A DNA stretch of 32,087 nucleotides from Planctomycetaceae bacterium (lineage in GTDB: Bacteria > Planctomycetota > Planctomycetia > Pirellulales > UBA1268), in contig JBJTPA010000014.1 in assembly GCA_046074885.1 (NCBI GenBank), positions 1 to 32,087 of the forward strand, read 5' to 3'. Positions 17,651 through 25,815 of the stretch are shown piece by piece. The translations under genes were made by a program, and so were the position numbers. Each line of letters opens with the position of its first letter. Position 1 is the stretch's first letter. The notes beneath the pieces are model-generated. The model saw nothing but the letters and a program-made list of their open reading frames with translations. It was not told the origin of the DNA and did not search any database.

Positions 17651-18508
17651 ATGCCACGGATCATCTTCATGAACGACCGCCTCGTCCCCGAGGACGAGGC
17701 CAAGGTGAGCGTCTTCGACCACGGCCTGCTCTACGGCGACGGCGTCTTCGAGGGCCTGCGAAGCTACGCCGGCAAGGTCTTCCGGCTCGACGCGCACCTC
17801 GACCGGCTCTACGCGAGCGCCCGGGCGATCTGCCTCGAGGTCCCGCTGCCGAAGGCGGCGGTGGCCACGGCGGTGATCGACACGCTCGCCGCCAACAAGC
17901 TCACCGACGGCTACGTCCGCCTCGTGGTCACCCGCGGCGCGGGCTCGCTCGGCCTCGACCCCAACCGCACGAAGAACCCGCAGGTGATCGTGATCGCCGA
18001 CACGATCGCCCTCTACCCGGCGGAGTTCTACGAGAAGGGCCTGCGGATCGTGACCGCAGCCACGCAGCGGACGCAGTCGGCCGCCCTCTCGCCGCGGATC
18101 AAGTCGCTCAACTACCTCAACAACATCATGGCCAAGCTCGAGGGCCTGCAGGCGGGCTGCGTCGAGGCCCTGATGCTCAACCACAAGGGCGAGGTGGCCG
18201 AGTGCACGGGCGACAACGTGTTCGTCGTGCGGAGCGGATCCCTCCTCACGCCGCCCCCCGACGCCGGCATCCTCGAGGGGATCACGCGGAACGCCGTCAT
18301 GGAACTCGCCCGGGCCGCGAAGATCGACTGCCGCGAGGCCACGCTCGTGCGGCACGACCTCTACACGGCCGACGAGTGCTTCCTCACCGGCACCGCCGCC
18401 GAGGTGATCCCGGTCGTGGAGATCGACGGCCGGAAGATCGGCACGGGCCTGCCCGGCCCCGTCACGAAGCGGCTCACGGCCGACTTCCACGCGCTCGTGC
18501 GGCGGTGA
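17651..18508 (+). CDS. ilvE: Branched-chain amino acid aminotransferase
   Basis: DHGLLYGDGVFEG, IKSLNYLNN (PLP Lys), ECTGDN, ILEGITR, FLTGTAAE. Confidence 0.95.
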   Translation: MPRIIFMNDRLVPEDEAKVSVFDHGLLYGDGVFEGLRSYAGKVFRLDAHLDRLYASARAICLEVPLPKAAVATAVIDTLAANKLTDGYVRLVVTRGAGSLGLDPNRTKNPQVIVIADTIALYPAEFYEKGLRIVTAATQRTQSAALSPRIKSLNYLNNIMAKLEGLQAGCVEALMLNHKGEVAECTGDNVFVVRSGSLLTPPPDAGILEGITRNAVMELARAAKIDCREATLVRHDLYTADECFLTGTAAEVIPVVEIDGRKIGTGLPGPVTKRLTADFHALVRR

Positions 18509-18612
18509 GTTGCCGGCGTATGCATGTCGCATGTCCGGCCCAAGCCGCTCGGCTTAGGGCCCGTACGAGTTGCGTTCGCTGCGGCGAAGCGCCGCGGCTC
18601 CGCATCCTCGTC

Positions 18613-18755
18613 CCGAGCCCCCGCCTACGCTCCCTGTGGCAGTTGGGGAGGTGAGGGGCTGCCCATAGCCCTGAGAGCCGGCATCGAGTGAGCGAAGGGC
18701 AGGATGCCCGAAGCGAACGTCCGGCGACGGGGCATGGGTAGCCCTGAATCGGCGG
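18613..18755 (+). repeat. Repeat family B copy 2
   Basis: Core shared with 8119-8254; closing stem GGGCTGCCCAT/ATGGGTAGCCC; preceded by a separate long hairpin at about 18565-18610. Confidence 0.85.
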
Positions 18756-18788
18756 CCTGTCAGCACCGAGCCTGCGGCAAACCCCGTC

Positions 18789-19223
18789 CTACCGCCGCGG
18801 GCGGTCCTCGTCGCCGAGGCCCTCGTAGCGGCTGACGTAGCCTGGCTCGCCTGCGCGGACGCGTTCGGTCTCGTACTCGCCCACGATCCGCCGCTGGAGC
18901 AGGTCGCGGCAGGCGGCGTTGATCGGGTGGGCGATGTCGGCGTAGAGCCGCACGCGGCCGTCGCCGTCGCGGGGCGGGTCGTCGCCGCCGAGCCGTCCGC
19001 CGCAGTGGTTGCAGAAGGCGGCCTTGAGCGGGTTCTTGTGGCCGCAGCCCCGGCAGGTGCCGCACAGCTTGCGGCTGGGCATGGCCACGAAGGGCCCCGT
19101 CGGCCCGCCGATGAGCTTGATGTCGCGGATCACGAACGCGTCGTCGATCGTGATCGAGCAGAACGCGAGCAGCCGCTCGGCCGCGCTCTCCACGAGCTTG
19201 ATGCGGACCTCGGTGATGTCCAT
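18789..19223 (-). CDS. spoVG: SpoVG family nucleic-acid-binding protein with Zn-ribbon insert
   Basis: MDITEVRI, FCSITIDDAFVIRDIKLI, FVAMPSRK, YADIAHPIN; CRGC..CNHC insert. Confidence 0.92.
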   Translation of the reverse strand: MDITEVRIKLVESAAERLLAFCSITIDDAFVIRDIKLIGGPTGPFVAMPSRKLCGTCRGCGHKNPLKAAFCNHCGGRLGGDDPPRDGDGRVRLYADIAHPINAACRDLLQRRIVGEYETERVRAGEPGYVSRYEGLGDEDRPRR

Positions 19224-19241
19224 GCGGCGGTCCTCCGGCGC

Positions 19242-20204
19242 CTACGCGTCCTGCCCGCGACCGCCGGGGGCGGGCACGAGCCGGACGGTGAACACGCCGG
19301 GCCAGAGCCGGCCGCCGTCGGGGCCGCGGACGGCGGCGAGGCGGGCGGCGATGCCGCGGGCCTCGGCCGCGGTGCGGGCCAGCGCGAAGCAGGCGCTGCC
19401 GCTGCCGGTGAGCCGCGGGCAGGACGCGCCGGCGGCCGCGAGCGCCGCGAGCAGTCGGTCCACGTCGGGACTCATCCGCCGCGCGGGCTCCTCGAGTGCG
19501 TTGTGCAGGAACGGCAGCGCGCCGCGGAGGCCGCCGCGGGCGAGCGCGGCGGCGAGCCGGGCGGCGTCGCCGCGGCGGGCGGCGTCGGGCGTGCAGGCGG
19601 CGTAGACCGCGGCGGTCGAGAGCCCGGCCGACGGGCAGGCGATCACGGCCGGCAGCGGCGGAACTCCGGCGACGGGCTCGAGCCGCTCGCCGCGGCCGCG
19701 GGCGATCGCGGGGCCGCCGGCAAAGAAGAAGGGCACGTCGCTGCCGATCGCAGCCCCCACCTCCGCGAGCCGCTCCGCGGACCAGTCGATGCCCCAGGCC
19801 GCGGCCGCGCCGCGGATCACGGCGGCCGCGTCGCTCGAGCCGCCGCCGAGGCCTGCGCCGGCCGGCACCCGCTTGACGAGCTCGATCTCGAGGCCCCGGT
19901 CCACGCCCGCCGCGACGGCGAGCGCCTCCGCCGCGCGGACCACGAGGTTGTCGGGCCCGGCGGGGACGTCGCGGGCGAGCGGCGTGCCGGCGAGCCCGGC
20001 GCCGTAGCGGAGCGAAAGCCGCACGCCCGGCCGGTCCGCGGCGCGGACCACGACGGCATCGGCCAGCGTCACCCCGACCATCAGCGACTCGATGTCGTGG
20101 TAGCCGTCGGCCCGCCGCGCCAGCACGGCCAGCGACAGGTTGAGCTTCGCGGGCGCACCGAGCGCGATCGACCGCTCGCTCGGTGCACGCATGAGGACGT
20201 TCAT
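19242..20204 (-). CDS. ispE: 4-diphosphocytidyl-2-C-methyl-D-erythritol kinase
   Basis: APAKLNLSL, DGYHDIES, KRVPAGAGLGGGSSDAA, IGSDVPFF, LTGSGSA. Confidence 0.96.
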   Translation of the reverse strand: MNVLMRAPSERSIALGAPAKLNLSLAVLARRADGYHDIESLMVGVTLADAVVVRAADRPGVRLSLRYGAGLAGTPLARDVPAGPDNLVVRAAEALAVAAGVDRGLEIELVKRVPAGAGLGGGSSDAAAVIRGAAAAWGIDWSAERLAEVGAAIGSDVPFFFAGGPAIARGRGERLEPVAGVPPLPAVIACPSAGLSTAAVYAACTPDAARRGDAARLAAALARGGLRGALPFLHNALEEPARRMSPDVDRLLAALAAAGASCPRLTGSGSACFALARTAAEARGIAARLAAVRGPDGGRLWPGVFTVRLVPAPGGRGQDA

Positions 20205-20272
20205 GGCCGCGGCCTGCCCGGGGACGGGCCCGGGAATCTCCCCCGGGCCGACCGGGCGGGCAGTCTAGTCAC

Positions 20273-20304
20273 GCCGGCAGGGGGGCTCAACCCCCCTGCT
20301 AGGC
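20273..20304. other. GC-rich hairpin (terminator or REP-like)
   Basis: GCAGGGGGG-ctcaa-CCCCCCTGC between the small ORF and ispE; no U-tract. Confidence 0.5.
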
Positions 20305-20313
20305 ATGGCTCGT

Positions 20314-20529
20314 TCACCGCCAGTTCATCACGAACACGAGCGTGACGAGCGAGAGCGTCAGGCCGATCGCCACCACTGCCGCGAGCAGGACCGCGATGCT
20401 GCGGCCCGCCCACAGGTCGTCGTCGATCATCTCCCGGCGCGAGTCCCGGTCGAAGGAGCCGTTCCAGACGGGGAAGGTGCGTTCGTCGTAGACCCAGCGG
20501 GTCCGGTCCTCGAGGCTTTTCTGGCTCAT
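20314..20529 (-). CDS. Small hypothetical protein with a C-terminal TM helix (71 aa)
   Basis: MSQKSLEDRTRWVYDERTFPVW..DDLWAGRSIAVLLAAVVAIGLTL; plausible composition; fills the gap. Confidence 0.65.
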   Translation of the reverse strand: MSQKSLEDRTRWVYDERTFPVWNGSFDRDSRREMIDDDLWAGRSIAVLLAAVVAIGLTLSLVTLVFVMNWR

Positions 20530-20658
20530 GGCGCGGGCGGGTCCCGGTCGTGGCCGGGGGTATGATGCGTGGGGTTCAGTGTCGGAAATCTACCCCATGG
20601 GCGGCCTCGCCGCCAGTGTGCCGGGCCGCTCCTGGTGCTGCCGCCGACCGCGAGAATC

Positions 20659-21753
20659 ATGAAAACCAGTCCCCCGCCGGTCACCTCGTCCGCCGCCCCG
20701 ATGCCGCACGCGCTCGAGCCCGGTGACGCCCTCGACCGGGCCGTCGCGGACCTGGGCCAGCCCGCGTGGCGTGCCGGCGCCGTCCGCCGCTGGCTGTTCG
20801 CGCGGCGGGCCGAATCCTTCGCCGACATGACCGACTTGCCTGCGGGCCTGCGCGACCAGCTCGCCGACCGGTTCGCGGTCTGGACGACCTCCGTCGCGGC
20901 CCACACCCGCGCCGACGACGGCACGGAGAAGCTCCTCCTCGAACTTGCCGACGGGCAGCGGATCGAGTGCGTGCTCCTGCGCGAGCGGCGGCCCGACGGC
21001 CAGCGCCGCACCGCCTGCATCAGCACGCAGGTCGGCTGCGCGATGGGCTGCGTGTTCTGCGCCAGCGGCATCGACGGCGTGGTCCGCAACCTCACGTCGG
21101 GCGAGATCCTCGAGCAGCTCCTGCGGCTCACGCGGCTCCTGCCGGCCGACGAGCGGCTCAGCCACGTGGTCGTGATGGGCATGGGCGAGCCGCTGGCGAA
21201 CCTCGACCGGCTCCTGCCCGCGCTCGCCGTGGCCCGCGATCCCGACGGCCTGGGCATCTCGCCGCGCCGGATCACGATCTCGACGGTGGGTTTGCCTCCG
21301 GCCATCGACCGCCTCGCGACCGAGGCCCCCGACTACCACCTCGCCGTCTCGCTCCACGCGGCCACCGACGAGCTCCGCACCCGGCTCGTGCCGGTGAACA
21401 AGTCGATCGGGATCGACGCGGTGCTCGCCGCGGCCGACCGCTACTGGGAGGCGTCGGGCCGGCGGCTGACGTTCGAGTACGTGCTCCTGGGCGGCGTCAA
21501 CGACGCGCCGGCCGACGCCGATTCGCTCGTGCGGCTGCTCGCGGGCCGCGCGCCGCTCGTCAACGTCATCCCCTACAACCCCGTCGCCGACATGCCCTGG
21601 CGGGAGCCCGCGGCCCACGACCGGGAGCGGTTCCTTGCCGCGCTCCGCGCGGCCGGGGTCAACGTGCAGGTGCGGCACCGCAAGGGGGCGCGGATCGATG
21701 CGGCCTGCGGCCAACTGCGGCGTCTCGCCGTGGTGCGGCCCGCGGCCACCTGA
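20659..21753 (+). CDS. rlmN: Dual-specificity RNA methyltransferase RlmN (radical SAM)
   Basis: CISTQVGCAMGCVFC, MGMGEPL, ISTVG, SLHA, FEYVLL, IDAACGQL. Start at 20659 or 20701. Confidence 0.96.
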   Translation: MKTSPPPVTSSAAPMPHALEPGDALDRAVADLGQPAWRAGAVRRWLFARRAESFADMTDLPAGLRDQLADRFAVWTTSVAAHTRADDGTEKLLLELADGQRIECVLLRERRPDGQRRTACISTQVGCAMGCVFCASGIDGVVRNLTSGEILEQLLRLTRLLPADERLSHVVVMGMGEPLANLDRLLPALAVARDPDGLGISPRRITISTVGLPPAIDRLATEAPDYHLAVSLHAATDELRTRLVPVNKSIGIDAVLAAADRYWEASGRRLTFEYVLLGGVNDAPADADSLVRLLAGRAPLVNVIPYNPVADMPWREPAAHDRERFLAALRAAGVNVQVRHRKGARIDAACGQLRRLAVVRPAAT

Positions 21754-21774
21754 CCCGCGGGCGCCGCCCGCCGC

Positions 21775-21852
21775 GTGGGCCGGTTGCCTCGCAACCGGTA
21801 GTCGCTGTCGATCCACGGGCCGGATTCCAGTCGCGAGCGACTGGGCCACGAG
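21775..21852 (+). repeat. Repeat family A copy 2
   Basis: GTGGGCCGGTTGCCTCGCAACCGG..TCGATCCA..CCGGATTCCAGTCGCGA-GCGACTGGGCCACGAG, matching copies 1 and 3. Confidence 0.9.
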
Positions 21853-21925
21853 AAGAGCCGATCATGCCTCGAGCGACTGGGCCACGAGAAGAGCCGATCA
21901 TGCCTCGAGCGACTGGGCCACGAGA
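21834..21925 (+). repeat. 36-bp tandem repeat, about 2.5 units
   Basis: Unit CGAGCGACTGGGCCACGAGAAGAGCCGATCATGCCT at 21834 and 21870, partial at 21906. Confidence 0.92.
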
Positions 21926-21944
21926 GGCTCATGCGGGAGCCGCG

Positions 21945-22178
21945 TCACGCCAGCCAGGCCAGGATCACGACCGCGGCGAGGACGACGCCCAGCACCCCCC
22001 CCAGCCAGCCGATCCATTCGAGCGCCGCGCGGCGGATCGCGGCCGGGTCCTCGTGCCTGGTGGCCGCGAACACGAGGCTCGCGACGAGGACGAGCGGCAG
22101 GCCGAGCACGAGGCCGGGCACGCGGTCGAGCGCGTGGGCGAGGAGGGCGACGGCGAGCGCGGGCGGCGGGGCGATCAT
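21945..22178 (-). CDS. Small hypothetical membrane protein
   Basis: LPLVLVASLVFAATRHED..WIGWLGG; ATGA overlap with the upstream gene. Confidence 0.75.
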   Translation of the reverse strand: MIAPPPALAVALLAHALDRVPGLVLGLPLVLVASLVFAATRHEDPAAIRRAALEWIGWLGGVLGVVLAAVVILAWLA

Positions 22179-22846
22179 GGGGCCGAACCCCGACGCCGGC
22201 CGCGGCCCGCGGCGGCGTCCTTGGCGGCGGGCTCCGATTCGTGGAGCGGGCCGGCCCAGGCGTCGTAGACGACGAGCATGTTGAGCAGCCCCGCGATCGT
22301 CACGTAGAGCGTTCCGATGTCGAAGAACCGGCCCAGCGCGAGGTACCACGCGGAGAGCTGGTCGCCGGCGCTGCGGAGCGTGCCGTCGCGGACGTCGCGG
22401 TAGAAGGAGAGGTCCGGCGCCGTTCGGCCGAGCCGGGCCGCGTAGGCCGGGGAGACCGGCTGGTGCTGCATGAGCGGCGGGACGAAGAGCCCGCCCGGCA
22501 GGAACGGCCGGCCGGTCGCCGACAGCGACCACGCCTGGATCACGGCCGGAATCGCCACCGCGCCGACGCCGGCCTGGCCCAGGAACTCGATGCGCCGCGA
22601 GCCGGTCCGCCATTGGCAGTAGGCCACCTTCCCGCCCCCGATCCACAGGCCCGCGACGAGCGTGCCGACGACCGCGGCCATGAACAGCAAGCCCTTGCGG
22701 CGACGCCCCTGCCAGAGCTGCCCGAGCCCCGGGGCCAGCCACGAGAGGAGGGCTGCCAGCGCCGGGTCGCGCAGGTCGATCGCCGCCCCGTCGTCGGGGG
22801 ACAGGGCGATCACCCGCTGCACCGTCGCCGGCTCCTGCCTGCCCAC
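22175..22846 (-). CDS. Membrane protein (DUF6677-like)
   Basis: LAALLSWLAPGLGQLWQGRRRKG and GTLYVTIAGLLNMLVVYDA; AGGAGG upstream of GTG. Confidence 0.75.
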   Translation of the reverse strand: MGRQEPATVQRVIALSPDDGAAIDLRDPALAALLSWLAPGLGQLWQGRRRKGLLFMAAVVGTLVAGLWIGGGKVAYCQWRTGSRRIEFLGQAGVGAVAIPAVIQAWSLSATGRPFLPGGLFVPPLMQHQPVSPAYAARLGRTAPDLSFYRDVRDGTLRSAGDQLSAWYLALGRFFDIGTLYVTIAGLLNMLVVYDAWAGPLHESEPAAKDAAAGRGRRRGSAP

Positions 22847-22988
22847 CGTGGTCGCCTCCTCGGACGCGTGAAGCCGACGAGTGTACGCGAGCGGACGGCG
22901 GCCGGAAATGAGCGGCGCGGAGGTTCGGCGGCCGGCGCGATCTGCTACCATGCGAAACATCGCCCGATTTCCCGGAGACGGCTCATCC

Positions 22989-23327
22989 ATGCGGCGCAGG
23001 CACTGGTTTGCGGCGGTCGCCCTCCTCGCGGCAGGTTGCTCGTCGTCCTCGTCCTCTGCGAAGAAGAAGAAGAAATCCGGCAAGGTCTCCGGCATCCAGC
23101 GGATGAAAGCGGGTCCGCAGGGCTTCGGGAACGTGCTCATCCCGGCGTACATCGACGACCTCAAGACGGGCTCGGCCGAGAAGAAGATCACCGCCGCCCA
23201 GGAGCTCGGCAACATGGGCTCGCGCGCGAAGGAGGCGCTGCCGGCGCTCGAGAAGCTCGTCTCCGACAAGAACCCGAAGGTCAGCGGGGCCGCGAAGGCG
23301 GCGGTGGCGGCGATCAAGAAGCGCTGA
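22989..23327 (+). CDS. Lys-rich lipoprotein with a HEAT-like repeat
   Basis: MRRRHWFAAVALLAAGC lipobox; AAQELGNMGSRAKEALPALEKLVSDKNPKV HEAT-like helix pair. Confidence 0.75.
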   Translation: MRRRHWFAAVALLAAGCSSSSSSAKKKKKSGKVSGIQRMKAGPQGFGNVLIPAYIDDLKTGSAEKKITAAQELGNMGSRAKEALPALEKLVSDKNPKVSGAAKAAVAAIKKR

Positions 23328-23428
23328 CTGTCCGTGGACAAAGCCCTCCGTGGCCTTCGTTTACGTGTTCGACCGCGCGACAAGCCGAGGTTTTCGCGGG
23401 TCGAAGGTCGCCGCATCGTGCGGCGGGC
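23327..23428 (+). repeat. Repeat family C, uninterrupted and 3'-truncated copy (MITE-like)
   Basis: Aligns with 25064-25090 joined to 25704-25780; hairpins TCGACC..GGTCGA and CGCCGC..GCGGCG. Confidence 0.8.
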
Positions 23429-23431
23429 GCG

Positions 23432-24280
23432 TCAGCCCCACGCCCTGTGCGCGGGCCGCGGCGCCTCGGCCGCCGGTCGCGACGGATCCTCCGGCGTGAG
23501 TTCCCGCCACGCCCGCTCGACCGTCGTGGCGTCCACGCTCTCGGCGCCGTCGCCCGCCGCGGCCGCCACCGCCAGCCGCGCGAGGCGGCAGACGTCGCGG
23601 GGCACGCCGCCGGTGAACCTCGCCAGCGTGCCGGCCGCGGCGGCCGTGAACACGTCGGCGCCGCGGCCGTGCCGCGCGAGTTCCCAGGCCATGTACGCAG
23701 CCGTCTCGTCCTCCGTCCACGGCGCGAGCTCGATCCGCACGGCCGCCCGCTGCCGCAGGGCGTCGGGCACGCGGTCGAGGCCCGCGGGCGTCGCGGTGGC
23801 GACGACAAGCGACCAGGCGAACCGCGGCTCGGCCGCGGCGGCGATCCGGGCGAGCCCCTCGGCCGCATCGGCCGGCCCGCGGTCGAGGTCGTCGCAGACG
23901 AGCACCGTGGGCCGCTCCATGAGCGCGTTCTCGCGGAGGCGGTTCTCGAGCTTCTGCCAGGGCCTCAGCGGCTCGTCCCGGCCGGCGGCGTCGAGCGGCA
24001 GCCGCTCGAGCAGGAGATCCAGCCACTCCCCCTCCGGCAGTCCGCCGAGCGAGAGCGACACGACCTCGCAGCCGAGGCCGCCGAGCCTGCGTGCGGCCGC
24101 GACGGCCAGGTGACTCTTGCCCGAGCCCGGGTTGCCGATCACGATCCCGCATCGCTGCCGCTCCGCGACGAGCCACTCGAGCCGCGCGAGGGCCTCCTCC
24201 TGCGTCGGTCCGCAATGGAACGCGGCCGGCTCGAGGCGGCCGGCGAACGGGGCGGCGGAGTCGGCGGTGTCGCGTACCAT
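23432..24280 (-). CDS. ExeA-like AAA ATPase
   Basis: QEEALARLEWLV, Walker A GNPGSGKS, Walker B VLVCDD, TGGVPRDVCRL. Confidence 0.8.
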   Translation of the reverse strand: MVRDTADSAAPFAGRLEPAAFHCGPTQEEALARLEWLVAERQRCGIVIGNPGSGKSHLAVAAARRLGGLGCEVVSLSLGGLPEGEWLDLLLERLPLDAAGRDEPLRPWQKLENRLRENALMERPTVLVCDDLDRGPADAAEGLARIAAAAEPRFAWSLVVATATPAGLDRVPDALRQRAAVRIELAPWTEDETAAYMAWELARHGRGADVFTAAAAGTLARFTGGVPRDVCRLARLAVAAAAGDGAESVDATTVERAWRELTPEDPSRPAAEAPRPAHRAWG

Positions 24281-24357
24281 CGGGGCGGAGTGTAGCGGCG
24301 GCCGCCCGCCGGGTCAGGACGAGGTTTTGCGAGACTTTTCCGGTACGGTGGCCGCCG

Positions 24358-25059
24358 ATGAGCGAGCGATTCTTCCTCCGATCCCCGCCCCGCGACGGCC
24401 GCGCCATCCTCGACGGCGACGAGGCCAGGCACCTCGTGCGGGTGCTCCGCGGCCGGGTCGGCGACGAGGTGCGCGTGTTCGACGGAACGGGGAGCGAGTG
24501 GCCCGCGCGGATCGCGGCGCTCGGCCGCGACGAGGTCGCGCTCGAGGTCGGCCCGCCGGTCGTGGCGGCGGAGGCGTCCGCGACGCCGCTGACGCTCGCC
24601 GTGGCGCTGCCCAAGGGGGAGCGGCAGAAGTGGCTCGTGGAGAAGCTCACCGAACTCGGCGTGGACCGGCTCGTGCCGCTCGTCGTCGAGCGGGGGGTGG
24701 CCGAGGCCACGCCGGCGGCGGTCGAGCGGCTCCGCCGCGGCGTGATCGAGGCCTGCAAGCAGTGCGGCCGAAACACGCTCATGGAGATCGGCGAGCCCGC
24801 GACGATCGCCGGGGCCTGCGCGGCGCCGCCCGCGGCGGGTGGCCGCGCGATCCTCTGCGACCCGGCCGGGCCGCCGCTCGAGGACTTCGCGCTCCGGGGC
24901 GCGACCGCGGTCGTCGGCCTCGTCGGCCCGGAGGGGGGCTTCACGGCCGAGGAGATCGCGGCGGCGGTGGCGGCCGGCGCCGTCCGCGCGAGCCTGGGGC
25001 CGCACGTGCTGCGGGTCGAAACGGCGGCGATCGCGCTCGCCGCGCGGCTGGCCCGCTAG
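24358..25059 (+). CDS. rsmE: 16S rRNA m3U1498 methyltransferase
   Basis: EARHLVRVLR, EKLTELGV, EACKQCGR, VGPEGGF, SLGPHVLRVETAA. Confidence 0.95.
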   Translation: MSERFFLRSPPRDGRAILDGDEARHLVRVLRGRVGDEVRVFDGTGSEWPARIAALGRDEVALEVGPPVVAAEASATPLTLAVALPKGERQKWLVEKLTELGVDRLVPLVVERGVAEATPAAVERLRRGVIEACKQCGRNTLMEIGEPATIAGACAAPPAAGGRAILCDPAGPPLEDFALRGATAVVGLVGPEGGFTAEEIAAAVAAGAVRASLGPHVLRVETAAIALAARLAR

Positions 25060-25189
25060 CGTAGCTGCCCGTGGAAGAAGCCCCCCATGGCAATCCTGTT
25101 CGGCACGGGATGTGCGCATCGGAAGCCGGACGATCCAGACGGACTGTGGCGAGGTGCGCCCTGGTCGGCGGAGCGGTACGGTGCCCGCC

Positions 25190-25370
25190 ATGGCCGGACC
25201 GACGAAGCGCGAGATCCGCTATCAGGACGTGCAGGGGCCGAAGTGCCTGCGGACGATGCGTCCGCTGCTTTCGCGACTGCGGAAGGTGGGTGCCGAACGC
25301 GACCGAGCCGGCAATCGGCGGCTGTTCATGGATCAGTACCGCGCACTGATCCTGATGTCGCCGTTCAGCC
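25190..25370 (+). pseudogene. Transposase N-terminal fragment (IS4-like)
   Basis: MAGPTKREIRYQDVQGPKCLRTMRPLLSRLRKVGAERDRAGNRRLFMDQYRALILMSPFS resembles, from recall, the N-terminus of planctomycete IS4 transposases (G.ERDRAGNR.LF.DQY). Similarity ends where repeat A starts; no DDE domain. Confidence 0.72.
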
Positions 25371-25375
25371 TTGAT

Positions 25376-25510
25376 GCGTGGTCGCAGGCCAACCCGTGGT
25401 CCGGTTGCCTCGCAACCGGATGTTCCCTGTCGATCCAAGAACCGGACTCCAGTCGCGAGGCGACTGGGCCACGAGGCGAGGTGATCACGTCAGCGCGAGG
25501 ATCAGGTGTG
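25376..25510 (+). repeat. Repeat family A copy 3
   Basis: Reverse complement of 7920-8052 with scattered substitutions. Confidence 0.9.
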
Positions 25511-25526
25511 ACCCGAAGAACTCAGC

Positions 25527-25625
25527 GAGGGGCCGCCCATCCCCTCGAGACGTCTTCGAGCGAGCGTAGCCCAGGATGACCGCAGCGAGCGTCCGGCGAG
25601 GGGGTGTGGGCAGCCCCGAGCCGGT
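25527..25625 (+). repeat. Repeat family B copy 3 (diverged)
   Basis: GGGGCCGCCCAT-CCCCTCG..GAGCGAGCGTAGCCCAGGATGACCGCAGCGAGCGTCCGG-CGAGGGG..GTGGGCAGCCCC-GAGCCGG. Confidence 0.7.
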
Positions 25626-25815
25626 TGGGCGAGTTGGCCAGGTTCACAAGGGAGCTTCCCCACGAGGAGGCAATCGCCGTGCCGAACAGGATTGCCTCCA
25701 TGGCCTTTTTTCACTTCATCGGCCGGTCGAAAAGCCGAGGTTTTCGACGGTCGATGATCGCCGCTTCCTGCGGCGGCGGACTTTTTCCACAGTCTGCTCG
25801 CGCGGGCGAACCGGC

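Larger units (their letters stand above)
25091..25694 (+). mobile_element. Internally deleted IS4-family element (604 bp)
   Basis: Perfect 18-bp TIR CAATCCTGTTCGGCACGG at 25091-25108 and its reverse complement at 25677-25694; flanks CCCCCATGG / CCTCCATGG (8 of 9 nt direct repeat). Confidence 0.85.
25062..25798 (+). mobile_element. Repeat family C copy (MITE-like, degenerate terminal inverted repeats) interrupted by an IS4-type remnant
   Basis: Left end TAGCTGCCCGTGGAAGAAGCC versus right end GGACTTTTTCCACAGTCTGC; body homologous to 23327-23428. Confidence 0.65.

Noticed and set aside
18670-18730. GAGCCGG..ACGTCCGG resembles group II intron domain V; CTGAGA resembles TPP riboswitch or hammerhead cores
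   Set aside because: Spacing and flanks do not fit domain V/VI, no RT ORF is present, and the other TPP and hammerhead core nucleotides are missing.
21834-21925. Possible mini CRISPR array
   Set aside because: The would-be spacers are identical 16-mers, the repeat derives from REP family A, and no cas genes are present.
24839-25579. 246-aa ORF as an intact transposase or fusion
   Set aside because: Only about 60 codons are transposase-like; the rest is off-frame rsmE and read-through into repeat A.
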